From a virus (lineage: Duplodnaviria > Heunggongvirae > Uroviricota > Caudoviricetes): DNA of 19,954 nucleotides. Under the pieces are notes generated by a model, which did no database searches, had not been told where the DNA came from, and worked only from the letters and a program-made list of their open reading frames with translations. The DNA is taken from positions 1-19,954 of the IMG/VR virus record IMGVR_UViG_2671180903_000004. One strand, 5' to 3'. Numbering within the stretch: position 1 is the first letter of the stretch; each line of letters opens with the position of its first letter. The position numbers and the translations under genes are program-made. Positions 15,820 to 19,954 of this stretch are shown here, in pieces.

Positions 15820-16079
15820 TTGGTTTCCTTGTTTATGCATTGCTGGTGATGTTCTGAAAAGTATAAATGATATTTTTGAATGTAAACCATAGAGCAGAAT
15901 TATTTTTCTGATGTTGTTTATTGTTTATTTAAATGCAGGGTGGTTTATATCTCGTCTTGTAGTTTATCCATGCATATCTGCTTGATGATGAGGTTTTTAT
16001 TTAAGGTATGGTTTTGTGTTTTTTCTGTATTACATGTCAGGTATTTTAAAGAATCATTTTTCAGATGGTGGAAAGAACC

Positions 16080-17945
16080 ATGGCATTTAAACACTATGAT
16101 GTTGTCAGGGCGGCGTCGCCGTCAGATCTTGCGGAAAAGCTGACACATAAACTGAAAGAGGGCTGGCAGCCGTTTGGTAGTCCGGTGGCCATAACCCCTT
16201 ATACTCTGATGCAGGCGATTGCAGCAGAAGGTGCAGTAATCAGCGCCACCAGCGACCCGGAGTATTACTTTGTTGTGGTTCTGGCAGGGCAGTCAAACGG
16301 CATGTCGTATGGTGAAGGCCTTCCGCTGCCGGGGACATATGACCGTCCGGACCCGCGTATTAAGCAACTGGCGCGTCGCAGTACGGTGACACCGGGCGGT
16401 GCAGCATGCAAATATAACGACATCATTCCGGCGGACCATTGTCTGCATGATGTGCAGGACATGAGCCGTCTTAACCATCCGAAAGCGGACCTGTCAAAGG
16501 GGCAGTACGGAACCGTGGGGCAGGGGCTGCATATCGCCAAAAAACTGCTGCCGTTTATACCGGCGAATGCGGGCATTCTGCTGGTTCCGTGCTGTCGTGG
16601 TGGTTCAGCGTTCACCACCGGAGCTGATGGCACATACAGTGACGCGAGTGGTGCCTCGGAGAATTCAACCCGCTGGGGTGTGGACAAGCCGCTGTATAAG
16701 GACCTTATCGGTCGAACAAAAGCGGCACTGGAGAAGAACCCGAAAAATGTGCTGTTTGCCGTGGTGTGGATGCAGGGGGAATTTGATTTTGGCGGTACGC
16801 CGGCAAATCATGCCGCACAGTTTGGTGCGCTGGTTGATAAATTCCGTGCAGACCTGGCGGATATGGCAGGCCAGTGCGTCGGTGGCTCTGCTGGCGGTGT
16901 TCCCTGGATATGCGGGGACACGACGTATTTCTGGAAGCAGAAGAACGAATCCACGTACCAGACGGTGTACGGCAGCTATAAAAATAAAACGGAAAAGAAT
17001 ATCCATTTCGTACCGTTCATGACCGATGAGAACGGGGTGAATGTGCCGACGAACAAACCGGAAGAAGACCCGGACATTCCGGGTATCGGTTATTACGGTT
17101 CGAAATGGCGTGACAGCTCAGCCACCTGGACGTCACAGGACAGGGCGAGCCATTTCAGTTCATGGGCTCGCCGTGGGATTATTTCCGACCGTCTGGCAAC
17201 GGCGATTCTGAGCTGCGCGGGTAAGTCTTCTGCGTTTGTTAATGGTACTGCCGGGGTGGTTGTTCCAGACAGGCCGGTTACCACCTCAGAGTCTGTAATT
17301 TTTTACGATGCCAAAAAAGCTACAGACAATCAGCTGAAACCTTATGGCTGGGACGGTATGTATGGCAGACGCACACTGGTTGATGACAGCGGCAATAAAG
17401 CTCTGCGAATTGAGAAAAATAACAGCGCGAAATCCTGGTCAATGTACTGTGATATTGCTGCAGACAAGGCAAAACTTTTACTGGAAAAAGGCGGGGAAAT
17501 TGCTGTCCGGTTTAAAATCCCCGAAAACGTCAATCTTGAGACAACCAGAAACAAGTATGCCTTTGGTTTGTACTGGCGAATAGCGGAATGGCCGGGTGAG
17601 GGTGGTGAAGGCCATCTGAGTTCTTTCTTTGTCCAGACAGATAAAGCCAGTATTAATGTTGCATACCATCATACAGTTAATCAACAAAAAGAACTTGGCA
17701 CGTTTGGCGCATTCGACCATGACTGGCATACGCTTGCATTTAAATTTAAGGGCAGTAACAGCATTAATGTTACTCCGGTGCTTGATGGTGTGGATGGACA
17801 GGCGTTTGACCTGGTGAAATGGGCCAATACTGCTAATGGACTCAACAGGTTTGTCATTACGGATATTACAGGTAGTGCAGAAACCTACCCTGTACTTATT
17901 GATACGGTGGAAGTTAAAGCAAACAAAGCTGGAGCAGCCGCATAA
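16080..17945 (+). CDS. nanS: Prophage O-acetyl sialate esterase, NanS-p-like (N-terminal DUF1737-like region, SASA/SGNH esterase core, C-terminal lectin-like region)
   Basis: 621 aa from ATG 16080; motif VVLAGQSNGMSYGEG (esterase Ser motif); N-terminus MAFKHYDVV...EGWQPFGSPV recalled from the large ORF downstream of stx in Stx phages; position just upstream of the lysis cassette. Confidence 0.75.
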   Translation: MAFKHYDVVRAASPSDLAEKLTHKLKEGWQPFGSPVAITPYTLMQAIAAEGAVISATSDPEYYFVVVLAGQSNGMSYGEGLPLPGTYDRPDPRIKQLARRSTVTPGGAACKYNDIIPADHCLHDVQDMSRLNHPKADLSKGQYGTVGQGLHIAKKLLPFIPANAGILLVPCCRGGSAFTTGADGTYSDASGASENSTRWGVDKPLYKDLIGRTKAALEKNPKNVLFAVVWMQGEFDFGGTPANHAAQFGALVDKFRADLADMAGQCVGGSAGGVPWICGDTTYFWKQKNESTYQTVYGSYKNKTEKNIHFVPFMTDENGVNVPTNKPEEDPDIPGIGYYGSKWRDSSATWTSQDRASHFSSWARRGIISDRLATAILSCAGKSSAFVNGTAGVVVPDRPVTTSESVIFYDAKKATDNQLKPYGWDGMYGRRTLVDDSGNKALRIEKNNSAKSWSMYCDIAADKAKLLLEKGGEIAVRFKIPENVNLETTRNKYAFGLYWRIAEWPGEGGEGHLSSFFVQTDKASINVAYHHTVNQQKELGTFGAFDHDWHTLAFKFKGSNSINVTPVLDGVDGQAFDLVKWANTANGLNRFVITDITGSAETYPVLIDTVEVKANKAGAAA

Positions 17946-18084
17946 TTGCTAAAAAAAGCCGCCAGCGGCAGGAATGGAAGCTGGCGGAGGTAATCCCAAT
18001 GGAGAATGTAAAGAAAAGATGCTTTCGTACATTGGTTTTTTAAATGAAAACAATTCTCATTGTCAACCATAACGGTAAGAAATT

Positions 18085-18267
18085 ATGACATTTATTCATC
18101 AGGTGATGCTGTACTTCTGTACGGCGGTCTGTGTGCTGTATCTTCTTTCGGGTGGGTACAGGGCTGTGCGCGATTTCTGGTGCAGGCAGATTGATAAAAG
18201 GGCCGCTGAGAAAATCAGCGCCAGTCAGTCAGCCGGAAGCAAACCCGAAGAACCCGTTACTCCTTAA
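18085..18267 (+). CDS. Small membrane protein (60 aa), unknown function
   Basis: One hydrophobic segment (VMLYFCTAVCVLYLLSGG); weak RBS. Confidence 0.4.
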   Translation: MTFIHQVMLYFCTAVCVLYLLSGGYRAVRDFWCRQIDKRAAEKISASQSAGSKPEEPVTP

Positions 18268-18292
18268 CAACCCCTTTCAGCGAGAAAATCCC

Positions 18293-18538
18293 ATGTCAGA
18301 AATCACATCCCTGGTCACTGCAGAGGCAGTGAAGGAAGTCCTGCGCTCTGAAGAAGTCCGGAGCGCACTGAAACAGAAACTTCGCCAGAATCTTGAGTCG
18401 CGTCTTGATGCAGAAGTGGATGCCATTCTGGATGAGCTGCTGGGCGTAGCAGCGGTTCCTGAGCCGGAAGGTATCGCGGGTGACGGGAGTGCTTCAGATG
18501 GCGGTGAACCTACACCTGACAGCGACATGATGATGTAA
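18293..18538 (+). CDS. Small acidic protein (81 aa), unknown function
   Basis: Internal ATG 18293 with GAGAAAA upstream; predicted helical and acidic with a C-terminal D/E/G/S-rich tail. Confidence 0.45.
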   Translation: MSEITSLVTAEAVKEVLRSEEVRSALKQKLRQNLESRLDAEVDAILDELLGVAAVPEPEGIAGDGSASDGGEPTPDSDMMM

Positions 18539-18614
18539 GCATGCGCAAGGGACCATCGGTGTGTGCCGGTGGTCTTTATATTGTTGTGAGCTTCCGGATT
18601 GCGGGAGACGGGGT

Positions 18615-18830
18615 ATGTACCAGATGGAAAAAATCACAACAGGTGTGTCATACACCACGTCAGCGGTGGGAACGGGCTACTGGTTCCTGCAGTTGCTGGA
18701 CAGGGTTTCCCCGTCTCAGTGGGCGGCAATAGGCGTGCTGGGGAGTCTGTTGTTTGGGCTGCTGACATATCTGACTAACCTGTATTTCAAAATCAGAGAG
18801 GACCGTCGTAAGGCGGCGCGGGGAGAGTAA
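18615..18830 (+). CDS. S: Class II holin / pinholin, phage 21 S-like, with dual-start motif
   Basis: [71 protein letters not shown] closely matches recalled S21; two in-frame ATGs (18615, 18624) give the antiholin/holin pair; two TM segments. Confidence 0.85.
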   Translation: MYQMEKITTGVSYTTSAVGTGYWFLQLLDRVSPSQWAAIGVLGSLLFGLLTYLTNLYFKIREDRRKAARGE

Positions 18831-18834
18831 AGCG

Positions 18835-19179
18835 ATGAAGAAAAAATACGAACTGGTTGTTAAAGGGATAAATAATTACCCGAATAAGATTACTGTTACT
18901 GTGGCACTGGAAATTGGTGGGTATCCGTCACTGTTGTTGCCAGATGTGGCGATTAGTCTTGACCGTACTGAAGATGCCACGCTGGAGTTTTACGAAGCTG
19001 AGGCGAAAAAGCAGGCGAAGCAGTTTTTCATGGATGTTGCTGCCGGGTTATGTGAAGGGGATGGTCCGTTGCCGGAAAAGCGCCCCGTAATTTTAGAGGC
19101 GCAGGATGTGTTGATAACCTACAGAGGAAAACTACCGGGAATAATTACTGGTTCTCTGAAGACTCCACCGCTGGCCTGA
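18835..19179 (+). CDS. Hypothetical protein (114 aa) inserted between holin and endolysin
   Basis: ATG 18835 with GGAGAG SD, 5 nt after the holin stop; no TM segment or signal peptide; no recognisable family. Confidence 0.55.
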   Translation: MKKKYELVVKGINNYPNKITVTVALEIGGYPSLLLPDVAISLDRTEDATLEFYEAEAKKQAKQFFMDVAAGLCEGDGPLPEKRPVILEAQDVLITYRGKLPGIITGSLKTPPLA

Positions 19180-19229
19180 AGACTTAACATATCCAGGGAT
19201 TTGAAATCGATAAACCCTGATAAATATCC

Positions 19230-19763
19230 ATGAACACCAAAATCAGATACGGCCTGTCGGCTGCCGTTCTGGCGCTGATTGCCGCAGGTGCGCCTGCGCC
19301 TGAAATCCTCGACCAGTTTCTGGATGAAAAGGAAGGTAACCACACCACGGCATACCGTGATGGCGCGGGTATCTGGACCATCTGCCGCGGTGCCATCCTG
19401 GTGGATGGTAAACCTGTCGTCCCGGGCATGAAGTTGTCGAAGGAAAAATGCGACCAGGTTAACGCCATTGAACGTGATAAGGCGCTGGAGTGGGTGGAGC
19501 GCAATATTAAAGTACCGCTGACCGAACCCCAGAAAGCGGGGATCGCGTCATTCTGTCCGTACAACATTGGTCCCGGTAAGTGTTTCCCGTCGACGTTTTA
19601 TAAACGAATTAATGCAGGTGATCGAAAAGGTGCCTGCGAAGCGATTCGCTGGTGGATTAAGGACGGTGGCAGAGACTGCCGTATTCGCTCAAACAACTGT
19701 TACGGTCAGGTATCCCGTCGCGACCAGGAGAGTGCGCTGGCGTGCTGGGGAATTGACAGATAA
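19230..19763 (+). CDS. R: SAR endolysin (phage lysozyme, T4-lysozyme fold, R21-like)
   Basis: N-terminal signal-anchor-release segment LSAAVLALIAAGAPAP followed by the catalytic E...D...T motif (EGNHTTAYRDGAGIWTICRG); 177 aa. Confidence 0.9.
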   Translation: MNTKIRYGLSAAVLALIAAGAPAPEILDQFLDEKEGNHTTAYRDGAGIWTICRGAILVDGKPVVPGMKLSKEKCDQVNAIERDKALEWVERNIKVPLTEPQKAGIASFCPYNIGPGKCFPSTFYKRINAGDRKGACEAIRWWIKDGGRDCRIRSNNCYGQVSRRDQESALACWGIDR

Positions 19764-19857
19764 GCAGAATATTTTGCTGAAAAATAAGGCGTGGCCACGC
19801 GGGCGGATAACACGAAATCCTGCGAACTGGCGAAACGTAAGTGAATAAAAGTAAAAA

Positions 19858-19892
19858 CCCCGTTTGTTGGCACCAAGCGGGGTTTTGTGTTT
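19858..19892 (+). terminator. Terminator-like hairpin downstream of the endolysin
   Basis: CCCCG...CGGGG stem (19858-19862 / 19878-19882) with a 15-nt loop, followed by TTTTGTGTTT. Confidence 0.4.
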
Positions 19893-19919
19893 CTGACCTT
19901 GAGTAAGGCAAGGGAGAAC

Positions 19920-19954
19920 ATGGCGAAGTATAAACGAATTCTGTTGAGGTTGAC
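19920..19954 (+). CDS. 5' end of an unidentified gene (MAKYKRILLRL...), continues past the window end
   Basis: ATG 19920 with AAGGGAGAA SD; only 11 codons visible, so product is unknown. Confidence 0.35.
   Translation, partial: MAKYKRILLRL

Noticed and set aside
15193-16079. Search for stxA/stxB (toxin A subunit of ~315 aa and B subunit of ~89 aa with signal peptides) between the tRNAs and the esterase gene
   Set aside because: No plus-strand ORFs of the required size or arrangement exist here; the only ORF is a reverse-oriented 111-aa protein with no signal peptide. The prophage is stx-negative within this window.
16265-17022. ORFs 16265-16687(-), 16293-16478(-), 16567-17022(+), 16665-17006(-) inside the esterase gene
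   Set aside because: Embedded in or antisense to a 621-aa gene with clear catalytic motifs; Arg/Cys-rich composition typical of non-coding frames.
19567-19848. 93-aa ORF overlapping the 3' end of the endolysin gene, considered as an embedded spanin
   Set aside because: Highly Arg-rich, no TM segment, no lipobox and no RBS; more likely an out-of-frame artefact. Whether spanin genes exist needs downstream sequence.
1-19954. Integrase, attachment sites, IS elements or transposases
   Set aside because: Nothing in the window has recombinase-like motifs or terminal inverted repeats; the window appears to be entirely internal to the prophage.

Overview
This window reads as a ~20 kb internal slice of a lambdoid prophage of an Enterobacteriaceae (E. 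coli-like) host, with the gene order of Stx-converting phages but no stx genes. Everything here is from reading the sequence by eye: no database search was run, so family names are recalled motif matches and hand-derived coordinates may be off by a few bases. Left to right: (1) a leftward early operon (1-4215) ending in a large RecE/exonuclease VIII-like gene that runs off the window start, plus several small unknown ORFs; (2) an immunity region (4222-5203) with a P22 C2-like repressor, a divergent Cro/DicC-like gene and a shared operator palindrome; (3) a replication module (5200-8568) with a YdaT-like gene, an O-like initiator carrying six 15-bp-period iterons in its coding sequence, and a DnaC-like loader; (4) a nin-like region packed with cargo (8722-10946): a QueH-like (DUF208) gene, a hok-family type I toxin, an AT-rich lipoprotein gene and a ParD/ParE pair; (5) DUF968/HNH, RusA and a Q-like antiterminator followed by a late-promoter region and tR'-like terminator; (6) a small wHTH ORF, an orphan beta-class DNA methyltransferase and three tRNAs; (7) an AT-rich, reverse-oriented unknown ORF exactly where stxAB would sit; (8) a NanS-p-like esterase and a lysis cassette (S21-like pinholin, extra ORF, SAR endolysin) with no recognisable spanin genes. 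The most interesting signals are the unknown cargo at the stx-equivalent locus, the repressor whose catalytic Ser is replaced by Ala (GDAM, confirmed in the DNA), and the lone QueH-like gene.
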